NCBI GenBank assembly: GCA_002746155.1
Contig: NVWF01000009.1
Span: forward strand, 48,662-112,661
Length of the DNA stretch: 64,000 nt
Source of the DNA: Gammaproteobacteria bacterium
GTDB taxonomy: Bacteria; Pseudomonadota; Gammaproteobacteria; Enterobacterales; GCA-2746155
Reading direction: 5' to 3'
This document shows, piece after piece, positions 40,216 through 49,943 of the stretch. The position numbers and the translations under genes were made by a program. Every line of letters begins with the position of its first letter. Within the stretch, counting starts at the first letter, position 1. A model generated the notes under the pieces. The model was not told the origin of the DNA and did no database searches. It saw nothing but the letters and a program-made list of their open reading frames with translations.

Positions 40216-40680
40216 TTAGTAATTTGTCCTGTAACCACTGAGTGTAAAGATCTCATTGGTTGGCCCTGTTACCATAACATCAATGCGTAATACCTCACTT
40301 GCCGCTAAACCACCTAAACCGCTTGAGTTGCTTACACTCACCAAAACAGCGTAATTAGTCAAGCCCACACCCATACCATTTTGGTTGACAGCACTTGCAT
40401 CGGATAAACCATTGTAATGACAAACATGGCTGAAATTTGCACGACCTCCTGCTCCAGGTACGGCTGGGCAGCTACCCACAGAGGCAAACTGACTTGAACT
40501 TATTTCTTCAAGATAAGCTTTCGCAATTGCAATTGATTGTTCCCGAATCATCGGATCGGCACTTCTACCACCTATGGTACCTAAGGCGGACAAAACTCCC
40601 ACAACGGCTATGGCTAGGATCACAATGCTGATGACTAATTCAATCAAGGTTGTGCCTTTTTGATTAGTTAGAATAGGCAT
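40216..40680 (-). CDS. mshD: MSHA minor pilin MshD
   Basis: Start at ATG 40680 (MPILTNQKG/TTLIELVISIVILAIAV), with a prepilin N-terminal helix. Assigned by position in the cluster. Confidence 0.6.
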   Translation of the reverse strand: MPILTNQKGTTLIELVISIVILAIAVVGVLSALGTIGGRSADPMIREQSIAIAKAYLEEISSSQFASVGSCPAVPGAGGRANFSHVCHYNGLSDASAVNQNGMGVGLTNYAVLVSVSNSSGLGGLAASEVLRIDVMVTGPTNEIFTLSGYRTNY

Positions 40681-41167
40681 AACCCGTACCCCCATCTATT
40701 CTGATAACCCTATTGATCGAACCACTTCCTGAAAGAGTAATGGTTGCGTTGCCAACACTGGCACCTCCACTATCCACAGCACCACCTTGGGGCAAGAAAA
40801 AGTAGTCTGACTCGGACGAACTAATGGTTAAATTAGCTGGCCTATCATTATTACTAAAAGCTTCTGAGTCTGAGGGACGAGTAACAGTTAAACCATAAGA
40901 GGGGGAGCTTAAATTGCAATTACTATCTTGAACAAGACTGAAACCAGAGGTGGAAACCGACAACCTAACCATACAACCACTAGCAACGGCTAGACGCTGT
41001 GCATAACGGGTTGCGGAAAGCAGATCATCGTGGAAATAACGTTCATCAAAGGTGGATTGGCTGAAAAATTTTGGTAGGGCAACAGCAGAAACTATACCTA
41101 GAATAATGATCGTTAGCACTAACTCAACTAGAGTAAAGCCATGTTGATGGGTTCTGTCCATTAACAT
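40664..41167 (-). CDS. mshC: MSHA minor pilin MshC
   Basis: 167 aa. MLMDRTHQHG/FTLVELVLTIIILGIVSAV is a class III signal peptide. Confidence 0.65.
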   Translation of the reverse strand: MLMDRTHQHGFTLVELVLTIIILGIVSAVALPKFFSQSTFDERYFHDDLLSATRYAQRLAVASGCMVRLSVSTSGFSLVQDSNCNLSSPSYGLTVTRPSDSEAFSNNDRPANLTISSSESDYFFLPQGGAVDSGGASVGNATITLSGSGSINRVIRIDGGTGYAYSN

Positions 41168-41183
41168 GACTTTACATTATTCC

Positions 41184-41206
41184 AAGTTAGAGAAAGCGGC
41201 TAACTT
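41184..41206 (-). terminator. Hairpin overlapping the mshA stop codon (possible attenuator)
   Basis: On the minus strand, AAGTTAG-CCGCTTTCT-CTAACTT: a 7-bp stem with no T tract. It sits between the major pilin gene and the minor pilin genes. Confidence 0.3.
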
Positions 41207-41618
41207 ATGTGCAGACTACTGCACCATAAACTGGAGGTGTGGAGGCGTCAGCAGCTTCGGTGTAGGTGAAGGTACAACCTCCAATAGTAACCGTTGCTAA
41301 AATAGCGCTGGTATCAGCAACTGAATAGGCAGAGTCTAGGCCAGCTAGTTCATCAATATCTTCACTGCTCGGATAACCAAACACCATGATATAGGTTGTA
41401 CCTTCAATGGTAGGATCTGCAGATCCACCAGCTAAATAAGCCGCATGGGATATGCCTGCGGCAGATTTAACAGCTGCTAAACCACCCATAGCCGTTGCTC
41501 GTTCAGCATCACCTGATAAATCAGCAAATTTAGGTAGGGCAAAAGCTGCCAAGATACCTAAAATAACAATGACCATAACTAATTCAATGAGAGTAAAACC
41601 CGATTGTTGATTTTTCAT
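41205..41618 (-). CDS. mshA: MSHA major pilin subunit MshA
   Basis: 137 aa. [32 protein letters not shown]-terminal Cys pair (GGCTF...VVCT). Very strong RBS AAGGAAGGAAG. A 169-nt upstream non-coding region is available for its own promoter. Confidence 0.8.
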   Translation of the reverse strand: MKNQQSGFTLIELVMVIVILGILAAFALPKFADLSGDAERATAMGGLAAVKSAAGISHAAYLAGGSADPTIEGTTYIMVFGYPSSEDIDELAGLDSAYSVADTSAILATVTIGGCTFTYTEAADASTPPVYGAVVCT

Positions 41619-41638
41619 TTTTTTCTTCCTTCCTTTGT

Positions 41639-41656
41639 CAGACGACCCAGACGACC
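41639..41656. repeat. Tandem 9-mer CAGACGACC x2 in the mshA 5' leader
   Basis: Read directly from the sequence. On the coding (minus) strand it reads GGTCGTCTG GGTCGTCTG, ending 20 nt upstream of the mshA ATG next to the GGA-rich RBS. Confidence 0.8.
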
Positions 41657-41787
41657 TGAATAATTTACAATGTTCGAAACACTGCCTATATTTATACCAG
41701 ATCTGTTAGTTTAAATAAACCTTTAAAATCAATAATATGGACTCAAAACCTCTAGCTTATTCCTAAAAATTTTAAAAGCAATTCTAC

Positions 41788-42333
41788 TTATAAAATATTA
41801 CCCGTTATTTCACCCGTATCAGCATCATAAATAATATTACTACCACTGTTATCCTTGTCATAGGTAAAGATACAATCTCCACCTGGTGCTGAAACTCTAT
41901 AGTCCACATTGCCAACAGTGTCGACTACCGGTGCACCGGCTTGTAAAATGCCATACCAAATTTCTATACAACGTACTGCATCCATGCTTGGGTTGTTTGA
42001 ACCCGTAGTACCTGTTGGCCAGCCATTACTACTGACATCAACATCACCTCGACCAAAGCCGATGATATTATCACGCTCAGGATCTGCAGTAGGCTGCCCA
42101 TTTGCTACCCACTGGGCATGGGCAATGGCCATACCTGAAGCCAAGGCTCCCTTGACTCCCTCAATGGAAGCGTCATGGGCTTTTTCGGTTACATTGCCAA
42201 ATCTAGGTAGTGCAATAGCAGCTAGAATTCCTAGAATGACTATTACCGTTACCAACTCGATTAACGTAAAACCTGTTGTACTTCTAGGTATCACTACCTT
42301 TTGTTTGATCCTGTTATATTTTATCGTCCTCAT
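41788..42333 (-). CDS. mshB: MSHA pilin MshB with unusually long (21-aa) leader peptide
   Basis: Start set at ATG 42333, with GGAGGA 7 nt upstream; the track start at 42348 is a GTG inside the [47 protein letters not shown]. Confidence 0.7.
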   Translation of the reverse strand: MRTIKYNRIKQKVVIPRSTTGFTLIELVTVIVILGILAAIALPRFGNVTEKAHDASIEGVKGALASGMAIAHAQWVANGQPTADPERDNIIGFGRGDVDVSSNGWPTGTTGSNNPSMDAVRCIEIWYGILQAGAPVVDTVGNVDYRVSAPGGDCIFTYDKDNSGSNIIYDADTGEITGNIL

Positions 42334-42372
42334 AAACCTTTCCTCCACACTTTTATATTGTATATTTGTTAG

Positions 42373-42954
42373 TTACCGATCATCAAATTTAACCCAGTGA
42401 TAGGGGTAAACAGCCTCTACAAACAGCCCTGTGATAGTATCGGTTTTTGTATCAAACTTACCCTTGACATCAAAATCCACATAATCCATTCTTACCCTAA
42501 ACTGAATCCTGTTATTAATCGGATCTTCATTGATTAATAACTCTGGATAAGCGAGCTTATAAATCAATCGTCCAGTGGTTTTGTCAAAAACCCAACTTTG
42601 CTCGCCTAGTTGCTCAAAATCAACCAGCTCAACTATTTCAACTTCGCCTTTATAACGATCCCAACCACCTAAATCACGAATATCTAACCAATTTACTGGA
42701 TTGATCCTCATCTGCTCTGGCAAGCGTTGTAACTTATCCAGTGCCACATACTCAGCCATCTTCATCTTAGCCGCAGCATTTAACTGTCTGACTATTTGCT
42801 GTAAAGCGGTGCGCTCAATGTTTTCCAGCATCCTGGTAAAAAAAGGCAAAGCTACCAGAACAAGCACCAACACCAAAACGACACTCAGCACCACTTCGGA
42901 CTTACTGAACCTCGCTTGGTTATTTTGATAGCGACTTACAAGGTGACTGAGCAT
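42373..42954 (-). CDS. mshF: MSHA biogenesis protein MshF (assigned by position)
   Basis: 193 aa with a single N-terminal TM helix. It lies between mshG and mshB, as in the Vibrio cluster. Confidence 0.5.
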   Translation of the reverse strand: MLSHLVSRYQNNQARFSKSEVVLSVVLVLVLVLVALPFFTRMLENIERTALQQIVRQLNAAAKMKMAEYVALDKLQRLPEQMRINPVNWLDIRDLGGWDRYKGEVEIVELVDFEQLGEQSWVFDKTTGRLIYKLAYPELLINEDPINNRIQFRVRMDYVDFDVKGKFDTKTDTITGLFVEAVYPYHWVKFDDR

Positions 42955-42957
42955 TGT

Positions 42958-44184
42958 CTAACCTTGCATGGTAGATGCTAGATCCCACATGGGTAAAAAT
43001 ACACCCAAGGCTACTATCAATACCATGATCCCCATCACTATTATTAAAATTGGTTCAATGGCATCGCTCAATTGCTTTAAATCGTAATCAACTTCTTCTT
43101 CGTAAAAGTCGGCAACCTGATCCATCAAACTATCAAGAGCACCCGTCTCCTCTCCAACAGCAAGCATCTGTAGAACTAATGGTGTAAACATGCCAGAATT
43201 ACTAGCAGCTCTCGTTAAGGTTTCACCCCTTTCTATCTGGCCTCTCATTTCATTAACAAACTTTGCCACATATGCGTTTCCCGCTGCATTAGCAACGACT
43301 ACAAGCGCTTGTAAAATCGGTACACCGGTTCTATAGGTCATGGAAAAGGTTCTTGAAAAACGCCCCAAGGCAATGCGTTCAAAAATTCCACCCACAAGGG
43401 GCGCCTTTAGCTTAAAACGGTCCCAACGAAAACGACCTTGCTCTGTATCGATGTAGCGAATGAAGCCATAAATAGAACCCACTAAAGCTACCAATAAAAA
43501 CCAACCGTACTGCACAAAAAACTCTGAAGTTGCCATTAACACCCTCGTTTGCCAGGGCAGTTCAGCATCAAACTTTGCAAAGAAGGATGCAAAGGCCGGT
43601 ATCACCACGATATTGATCACAACAATAGCGATGCTAATTGCAATCAGTACCATCAAGGGATAACGGACCGCTTGTTTCATGCGTTTTCGCGTTTCCCTTT
43701 CCATTTCAAGGTAATCAGCTAGTTGCTTAAATGCCACATCCAGTTGCCCGGTATTTTCTCCCACATGGACCATACTCATAAAAAGGTTATCAAAAATATC
43801 ACTGCGCGTTTGCATGGCAGCAGCTAGGGGCAATCCTCCTTCAAGGTTTCGAATAACGTCTTCTAATCCCTCTTTTAAAAACTCGTTTCTGCTTGAGGTT
43901 GAAAGCCCTCTAAGCGCTTGAATCATCGGTACCCCAGCTTTCATTAAAGAGTTCATCTGTCTTGAGAAGATGATCAGTTCATCGAGGGTTACCTTACCCT
44001 TACCCTTTAATAACTCATTCCAGTCTATGGCCTGATCTGAATCGGTTACACTATCTTTAATGCTCGTGGGAACTATACCTTCGGCCATCAACATGCCAGC
44101 CAACTCATTTTCTGATCCCGCCTCCCTTTCACCAGTAACTTGGGCACCTTGTTTATTGCGGCCTTTAAAAACAAAGCTAGTCAT
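42958..44184 (-). CDS. mshG: MSHA platform protein MshG (GspF/PilC family)
   Basis: 408 aa with duplicated T2SS-F domains and three TM segments. An 8-nt overlap with mshE. Confidence 0.85.
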   Translation of the reverse strand: MTSFVFKGRNKQGAQVTGEREAGSENELAGMLMAEGIVPTSIKDSVTDSDQAIDWNELLKGKGKVTLDELIIFSRQMNSLMKAGVPMIQALRGLSTSSRNEFLKEGLEDVIRNLEGGLPLAAAMQTRSDIFDNLFMSMVHVGENTGQLDVAFKQLADYLEMERETRKRMKQAVRYPLMVLIAISIAIVVINIVVIPAFASFFAKFDAELPWQTRVLMATSEFFVQYGWFLLVALVGSIYGFIRYIDTEQGRFRWDRFKLKAPLVGGIFERIALGRFSRTFSMTYRTGVPILQALVVVANAAGNAYVAKFVNEMRGQIERGETLTRAASNSGMFTPLVLQMLAVGEETGALDSLMDQVADFYEEEVDYDLKQLSDAIEPILIIVMGIMVLIVALGVFLPMWDLASTMQG

Positions 44185-45904
44185 GTTCTACAACCGAACT
44201 ATCATTAACCGCTTCGGTTACCCTAAACACTTCTTCTAAGGAAGTAACACCTGTAATGGCAAGTTTCATAGCAGACTCAGATAAGGAGCAATAACTCGGT
44301 TGTATTTGGGCTGCTAACTTAAAGGCATCGTTATCACCAGTCTGTAATGCTCGAGCAGCTTCTTCTGTGAGCTCTAAATATTCATAGATGCCAAGTCGTC
44401 CCTTGTAGCCTGTGCCATTACAGTTATGGCAACCATTTCCGGTATAAAAAACCTGATCTTTGAGGTTTTTTGATAGGTGCGAACCAAATAACCAGTCTTT
44501 TTGTAAGCTCGCCAGATCTTGTTCCTTTTTACAATTTTCGCAAATTTTTCTCATTAGGCGCTGGGCGATGATAGCCCTCAAGGATGAGGCAGCCAGATAT
44601 GGTTCGATACCCATATCAATCAATCGCATAGCCGTGCTCACAGCATCATTGGTATGTAGGGTTGAAAGAACCAAGTGACCTGTTAAGGATGCGCGGATGC
44701 CTATTTCAACTGTTTCCTTATCACGCATCTCACCCACTAGAATAATATCAGGATCTTGCCTTAAAGCTGCCCTTAATACCTTTGCAAAGGTTAAATCAAT
44801 ACGAGCATTGATCTGCACTTGATTCACCCTAGGTAGTCGATATTCAACGGGATCTTCTACGGTAATAATTTTCTTTCGGGGCGTATTTAATTCATTTAAC
44901 GCTGCGTACAAAGTGGTTGTTTTACCACTACCGGTTGGCCCTGTAACCAGCACTAAACCATGGGGACTATGCACCTGCTCTCGGAATAAATTTGAAATAT
45001 CTTCAGGCATTCCAAGTTCTTCTAAAGAGAGCATTGCAGAGCCTTGATCAAGCAATCTCATTACTACGGATTCACCGTACTGAACTGGCATGGTCGACAA
45101 TCGAACATCGATACTTTTATCCTGTACTTTAATATTAAAGCGGCCATCTTGGGGAATTCTTTTTTCAGAAATATCGAGGCCGGCCATGAGTTTTAAACGT
45201 AACACCAGAGCAGAAGCAATACGTGTTTCATTCATCACCTGCTCTTGCAGTACACCATCAATTCGTTGCCTGATTCGTACCACCTTTTCATCGGGTTCAA
45301 TGTGAATATCTGAGGCAGCAGCTTTCACAGCATCTTCAAACACTGTACGTAATAGTTTCACCACCGGTGCATTAGCAACTTCAGAATCATCCTCCAGTTG
45401 CGAGAGACTAAAGTCACCTTCGGTTAATTCTTCATCAAGCCGTCCGGCCAGATCTTGGATCTCCTGAGTTCGGCGATAAATAGTTTCAATGGCAGCTAAT
45501 AATTCCGACTCTCTTACCACGGCGATATCAAGAGTTTGACCAAGGATTTGCTGTAGATCGTCCACCGCATAAATGTCCGTGGGATCTGTCATACCAATTA
45601 GCAGGCTATCAACCCTTTCCTCTAGGACAATTACCCTAAAGCGTCTTGCCTGAACCTCAGGTAATTTTTGTACAACTTCAGCACGTAAATCAAAAGTTTC
45701 AAGATTAATAAAGGGTATTTTTAATTGTTCAGCAAGTAGGGTGAGCAATTGATTCTCATCTACAAAGCCCATTTCAATTAATGTTTTACCTAACTTTCGT
45801 CCCGAGTTTTTTTGCTCAGCCAAGGCAGACATTAGTTGATCTTCAACAATAATTCCCTGTTGAACTAGCAGATCGCCGAGACGTATTTTTTGTACTGATG
45901 CCAT
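44177..45904 (-). CDS. mshE: MSHA extension ATPase MshE (GspE/PilB family) with c-di-GMP-binding MshEN N-domain
   Basis: 575 aa. Tandem RLGDLLVQQGIIVEDQLMSALAEQ / KLGKTLIEMGFVDENQLLTLLAEQ motifs. Walker A GPTGSGKTT. Tetracysteine CENC...CHNC. Confidence 0.9.
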   Translation of the reverse strand: MASVQKIRLGDLLVQQGIIVEDQLMSALAEQKNSGRKLGKTLIEMGFVDENQLLTLLAEQLKIPFINLETFDLRAEVVQKLPEVQARRFRVIVLEERVDSLLIGMTDPTDIYAVDDLQQILGQTLDIAVVRESELLAAIETIYRRTQEIQDLAGRLDEELTEGDFSLSQLEDDSEVANAPVVKLLRTVFEDAVKAAASDIHIEPDEKVVRIRQRIDGVLQEQVMNETRIASALVLRLKLMAGLDISEKRIPQDGRFNIKVQDKSIDVRLSTMPVQYGESVVMRLLDQGSAMLSLEELGMPEDISNLFREQVHSPHGLVLVTGPTGSGKTTTLYAALNELNTPRKKIITVEDPVEYRLPRVNQVQINARIDLTFAKVLRAALRQDPDIILVGEMRDKETVEIGIRASLTGHLVLSTLHTNDAVSTAMRLIDMGIEPYLAASSLRAIIAQRLMRKICENCKKEQDLASLQKDWLFGSHLSKNLKDQVFYTGNGCHNCNGTGYKGRLGIYEYLELTEEAARALQTGDNDAFKLAAQIQPSYCSLSESAMKLAITGVTSLEEVFRVTEAVNDSSVVEHD

Positions 45905-47001
45905 TAGTAACCCTGTATCGCTTTTATTCGTAGTCTTGCATAATTTTTTACAGACTCTGATAAGCCAATTTGACTAATACTCTGATTGTATGCCTCAAGG
46001 GCAATACTTACATTGCCTACTCTTTCTTCGGATACTGCTAAGCCTAACCACCAGTCAGCACGACTATTATTAAACTGAAGCAATAGTTGATAATGGTGTG
46101 AAGCAAGACTATCTTTTTTCAGCTGCTGGGCAATATAGGCAAGCAGAGCATGATAGTCCGGTGAATTACTTACTGGTGGAATATCATTGTCTAAGGCAGT
46201 AAATGCAAGGGCTTGTTTACCTTGTTGTAAATACAGCCTTGCTTGCATTTGTCGATATTCAGTAACCTCACTCCACTGACTTAAACTAGTTGAAAGCAGA
46301 GTTTGCATTTCTTCAAGATGAGTAAGTTTTAACAAAACACTCAGTAATAAAACTCTTGCTTGATGATTATTGGCATTCAGTTCTAGTGACTGATTCAATA
46401 GGCTTTTAGCAGCTAATAAATTACCTCTAGCCATTTCAGTTCTAGCTTTTTTAACGAATGCTTCTGCTTGAACACTGGCAGATACTTTGTGAGGGGTTTT
46501 GATGATTGTTGTTGCCTGATCAAGGGTGTCTTGCTTACTTTCAGGAACAATGGTTACAGGAATAGTACTTCCAAGAGTAATCGACTCAGTTTTTGAATCA
46601 ATAACACTCGTTTCACTAATAGTTGGCTGAACTATAATAGTTTCTGCTGCAGTATTTTCGGAAGTAGGACTTTCGGAGGTCGGATTTTCGGAGATAAGCA
46701 ATTCATCATTAGCAGCCTGTTCAATAACTAGCTGTTGTTGAGTATTTACTTGTGACGAGGCTTTCGGTACCGGCTGTAAAATATGAGGCGCATCTGGTTT
46801 AAAAATTTCAAATTTATAAATAACCACACTTGTCACAAGAATAACCAAAACAATGATAAGTAGTATTAAGCTAAGTATTTTTACCAGGCTAATTTGTTGT
46901 CCAGACACATAATTATTGCTAGGTAGAATTCCAGCAACAGGACTCTGGCTTTCTCTTTTGCGATTGTCGATATCCTTAAGCATTTGATTAATAACACTCA
47001 T
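45904..47001 (-). CDS. mshN: MSHA biogenesis TPR protein MshN
   Basis: Start at ATG 47001, forming an ATGA overlap with the mshM stop (MSVINQMLKDID). One TM helix, an S/T/E-rich linker, and C-terminal TPR repeats. Confidence 0.7.
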   Translation of the reverse strand: MSVINQMLKDIDNRKRESQSPVAGILPSNNYVSGQQISLVKILSLILLIIVLVILVTSVVIYKFEIFKPDAPHILQPVPKASSQVNTQQQLVIEQAANDELLISENPTSESPTSENTAAETIIVQPTISETSVIDSKTESITLGSTIPVTIVPESKQDTLDQATTIIKTPHKVSASVQAEAFVKKARTEMARGNLLAAKSLLNQSLELNANNHQARVLLLSVLLKLTHLEEMQTLLSTSLSQWSEVTEYRQMQARLYLQQGKQALAFTALDNDIPPVSNSPDYHALLAYIAQQLKKDSLASHHYQLLLQFNNSRADWWLGLAVSEERVGNVSIALEAYNQSISQIGLSESVKNYARLRIKAIQGY

Positions 47002-47909
47002 GGCAACCATGCCGCCATGACAATGCTAACAACACTTCCGCCCATTACAGCTGCGAGGGCAAATCCTAACCACCCATAATTGGCACTTACATCATCGGTA
47101 TCTTTTGCTGCCTTTTTAATATCTTGAATTTCAACGTTAAAACGACCACTTCCATAGGCTAGCATCATGGCTTTGTGTGCAAGAATATTCACAAGCCTTG
47201 GTATTCCTCGACTAGCTTTTAATAAGGATTTAACCGCAGCAGAGCTAAATAATTCTCCGCCTTGTATTCTATCAAAGGCTAGACCTGCAGTTCTTAGACG
47301 ATGATTTAAATAAACATTTATCGAGTTAATATCAAGGGGTTTCAACTTACAGGAAAAAGCAATTCGCTGTCGAAGTTGACGCAATTCGGGCTTTGCCAAG
47401 CGCTGATCCAATTCGGGTTGTGCAAACAGTACAACTTGTAGTAACTTTTGCTTTTCCGTTTCAAGGTTAGTAAAAAGACGTAGTGCCTCTAGGGTCTCCC
47501 TTGGAATAGCCTGAGCTTCATCAACAATAATAATAACCGGTTTACCCTGTTGATGTAGTTTGAGAATTTTGCGATTTATTTTTTCCGTCAACTGATATTG
47601 ATCGATAGTTCTTGCTACTCGTATGGATAATTCTGATGCCAAGGCTAAGCGCAGTTCATTTGGGCTTAGGTAGGGATTAGGCAAATAAGCGCAATGGGCT
47701 CTTTTTTCCAAATAATTGAGCAGCATTCTGCACAGCATTGTTTTACCTGTGCCTACCTCACCAACAACTTTTACAAATCCTTCGCCGGATTTGAGCGCTA
47801 TTCGTAACACATTCATAGCATCGGAGTAGACGGGTAACTCGCAATAAAAATCCGTATCTGGTGTCAGATTAAAAGGAAGTTCCGTTAAGCCGTAATGATA
47901 TAAATACAT
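46998..47909 (-). CDS. mshM: MSHA biogenesis AAA+ ATPase MshM (ExeA-like)
   Basis: 303 aa. Walker A GEVGTGKT, Walker B IIIVDEAQ, and a C-terminal TM anchor. Confidence 0.8.
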   Translation of the reverse strand: MYLYHYGLTELPFNLTPDTDFYCELPVYSDAMNVLRIALKSGEGFVKVVGEVGTGKTMLCRMLLNYLEKRAHCAYLPNPYLSPNELRLALASELSIRVARTIDQYQLTEKINRKILKLHQQGKPVIIIVDEAQAIPRETLEALRLFTNLETEKQKLLQVVLFAQPELDQRLAKPELRQLRQRIAFSCKLKPLDINSINVYLNHRLRTAGLAFDRIQGGELFSSAAVKSLLKASRGIPRLVNILAHKAMMLAYGSGRFNVEIQDIKKAAKDTDDVSANYGWLGFALAAVMGGSVVSIVMAAWLP

Positions 47910-47913
47910 TTAC

Positions 47914-49611
47914 CTAGCCGCCACTTTTCCCCATTCGCCCAACACGTTGCCGCGAATTTTTTAGATAATCACCCCAGGTATTGTCATCCACAAGCTGAGG
48001 TCTAATCAGAATGATCAATTCAGTCTTGCGGTTTTTCATGTTGGTTTGCTTGAACAAATGACCCAAACCTGAAACATCCTTAAGTAGTGGTATACCCGAA
48101 TCCGAATCATCAGTCACTGTTTGCATCAAGCCACCTATGACAACCACCTGACCACTTTTAGCTCTTATGATACTGTCAGATTCCCGAATGGTACTCTTTG
48201 CCAGTGGCAAGGTTATTTGATCATCACCGAGTGTTAACAGTTTTTCCTGATCCACCACCTCGCTAATTGTAGGGTGAACATGCAAAATAATGTTGCCTAG
48301 TTCATCAATCTGCGGAGTAACGTCCAGAGCAATACCCGAGAAAAACGGTGTTAAAGTGACATCGGGTGACGTGGTAGATGTACCTCCCCCTGCTGTTGTA
48401 GTTGATGAAATATCCGTTACAAAAAATTCATCCGTACCTACTTTGATAACCGCTTTTTGATTATTCAAGGTTGATATTCTAGGACTAGAAAGCACCTGCA
48501 CATAACCCTGGGTTGATAATAAATCAATCATCAAGTCAAAATTACTACTTTGATAAGAGGCGCTGAAAATGCCCGCTAACAGATTACTCGGGTCTGAATT
48601 TGTAACATTCCTGCCATTTTGTGTAAAATTCAGATCATTGCTACCATTAACAGTAGCTAGAGATGACCAATCAATACCAGCCTGATAACTATCACCAAGA
48701 ATGACTTCCAGAATTCGTGCTTCCAGTAATACCTGACGGTGCATAACATTTTGCACCTTCTTTAAATAGGATGAAATTATGCGAATTTCAGCAGGTAGGG
48801 CCCTAACAATAACCATGCTTGTTTGGGGGCTAGCCATAACCCTAGCCTTGGGGTTATCTGCAATCAACAGTTTTAATGTGTCTGTTAGTTCAGCCCAAAA
48901 ATCACTTTCTGAAGTGGTTTCAATCTGAGTACTGTGTTTATTATCTGAGTTATTGCCGCCACCCTGAGTTGTTTGATTACTGCTATTACTACCGCGATTA
49001 TTGGTGGGTCCAGAGCTGTAATTTTCAGCCACTTCGCCTGAATTGACTCTGATCACAGAGTTGCCACGCCGTTTAATATTCAGATAGTTAACTTGAAACA
49101 TCACGGTTTCTACCGTTGCAGGATAAATCTCATAAACGTTATCAATCTTTGAATATTCAAAGCCATAGATGTTTCGTACTATATCCATTACCAAACTCAA
49201 GCTAACGTTTTTTAAATCGAGAGTTATATTTCCACTTACCTCTGGTGAAACAATAACATTCCATTGGGTTCCTTCAACCAAGCCCATAAAAAATTCTTTC
49301 GCAGGTGCATTATTCACAGCGAGATCAAAACGAGTTTCTGCTTCATTGTCTTTAAGCAAGCTCGACATACTAGGATTTAAAGCGTCTAACACCTCAGCAG
49401 GAGGCAATTCATCCATCCCTTGTCCTGATTTATTTTTTTCTGCTTGCTGAACAGCAATTAATTCACTCAGCTGCTCTTCCATTAAAGAGGGCTGTTTATT
49501 TTCAGGCACCGTCTGGCAACTAAACAACAAACTCCCTGGCAGAATTAAGGCCAGTCGTAACAACTTGAGTGATCGATTGACTTTCATTGATCTTGTCTCA
49601 CCTTGAATCAT
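47914..49611 (-). CDS. mshL: MSHA secretin MshL
   Basis: 565 aa. Lipobox-like LLFSC, and a C-terminal secretin domain (VLSSPRISTLNNQKAVIKVG...IPLLKDVSGLGHLF). ATGA overlap with the mshK stop. An alternative start is at 49587. Confidence 0.85.
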   Translation of the reverse strand: MIQGETRSMKVNRSLKLLRLALILPGSLLFSCQTVPENKQPSLMEEQLSELIAVQQAEKNKSGQGMDELPPAEVLDALNPSMSSLLKDNEAETRFDLAVNNAPAKEFFMGLVEGTQWNVIVSPEVSGNITLDLKNVSLSLVMDIVRNIYGFEYSKIDNVYEIYPATVETVMFQVNYLNIKRRGNSVIRVNSGEVAENYSSGPTNNRGSNSSNQTTQGGGNNSDNKHSTQIETTSESDFWAELTDTLKLLIADNPKARVMASPQTSMVIVRALPAEIRIISSYLKKVQNVMHRQVLLEARILEVILGDSYQAGIDWSSLATVNGSNDLNFTQNGRNVTNSDPSNLLAGIFSASYQSSNFDLMIDLLSTQGYVQVLSSPRISTLNNQKAVIKVGTDEFFVTDISSTTTAGGGTSTTSPDVTLTPFFSGIALDVTPQIDELGNIILHVHPTISEVVDQEKLLTLGDDQITLPLAKSTIRESDSIIRAKSGQVVVIGGLMQTVTDDSDSGIPLLKDVSGLGHLFKQTNMKNRKTELIILIRPQLVDDNTWGDYLKNSRQRVGRMGKSGG

Positions 49612-49943
49612 AACTTTTTCCTAATAATACGACTGTTAATTAAATTCAGACGTAATGTCCCTTTACTATTACTGAGAATAACGTAGCCAACTTCAATGCG
49701 TTGCAGCCGATAGCCCCCAATACTATTACCTTTTCTTAATCGTTTGCCGTTAATGACCGCTTGTCTTTGCTTAGTAGTTATTTTTATTTCTGACAGTTTT
49801 AAATTTCTAATAATTTTCTTACCTGGCTTAACACTGGCAAAAACAGGTGGCCGTGTTGGATCTTTTAATTTTGTCGAGGATGCTGCTTGAGAGCAGGATG
49901 CAAAGAAAATCAATAACACCGCAAGAATAAACTTACTATTCAT
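49608..49943 (-). CDS. mshK: MSHA biogenesis lipoprotein MshK
   Basis: 111 aa with lipobox FFASC. Assigned by position between mshJ and mshL. Confidence 0.6.
   Translation of the reverse strand: MNSKFILAVLLIFFASCSQAASSTKLKDPTRPPVFASVKPGKKIIRNLKLSEIKITTKQRQAVINGKRLRKGNSIGGYRLQRIEVGYVILSNSKGTLRLNLINSRIIRKKL

Noticed and set aside
41670-41720. Sigma54-type promoter upstream of mshA (TGGTATAAATATAGGCA on the coding strand)
   Set aside because: The GG-to-GC spacing is off by one and the flanking consensus is poor, so it cannot be supported from sequence alone.
41909-42400. 163-aa plus-strand ORF antisense to mshB/mshF
   Set aside because: It lies entirely antisense to a well-supported pilin gene, has no RBS and has shadow-frame composition.
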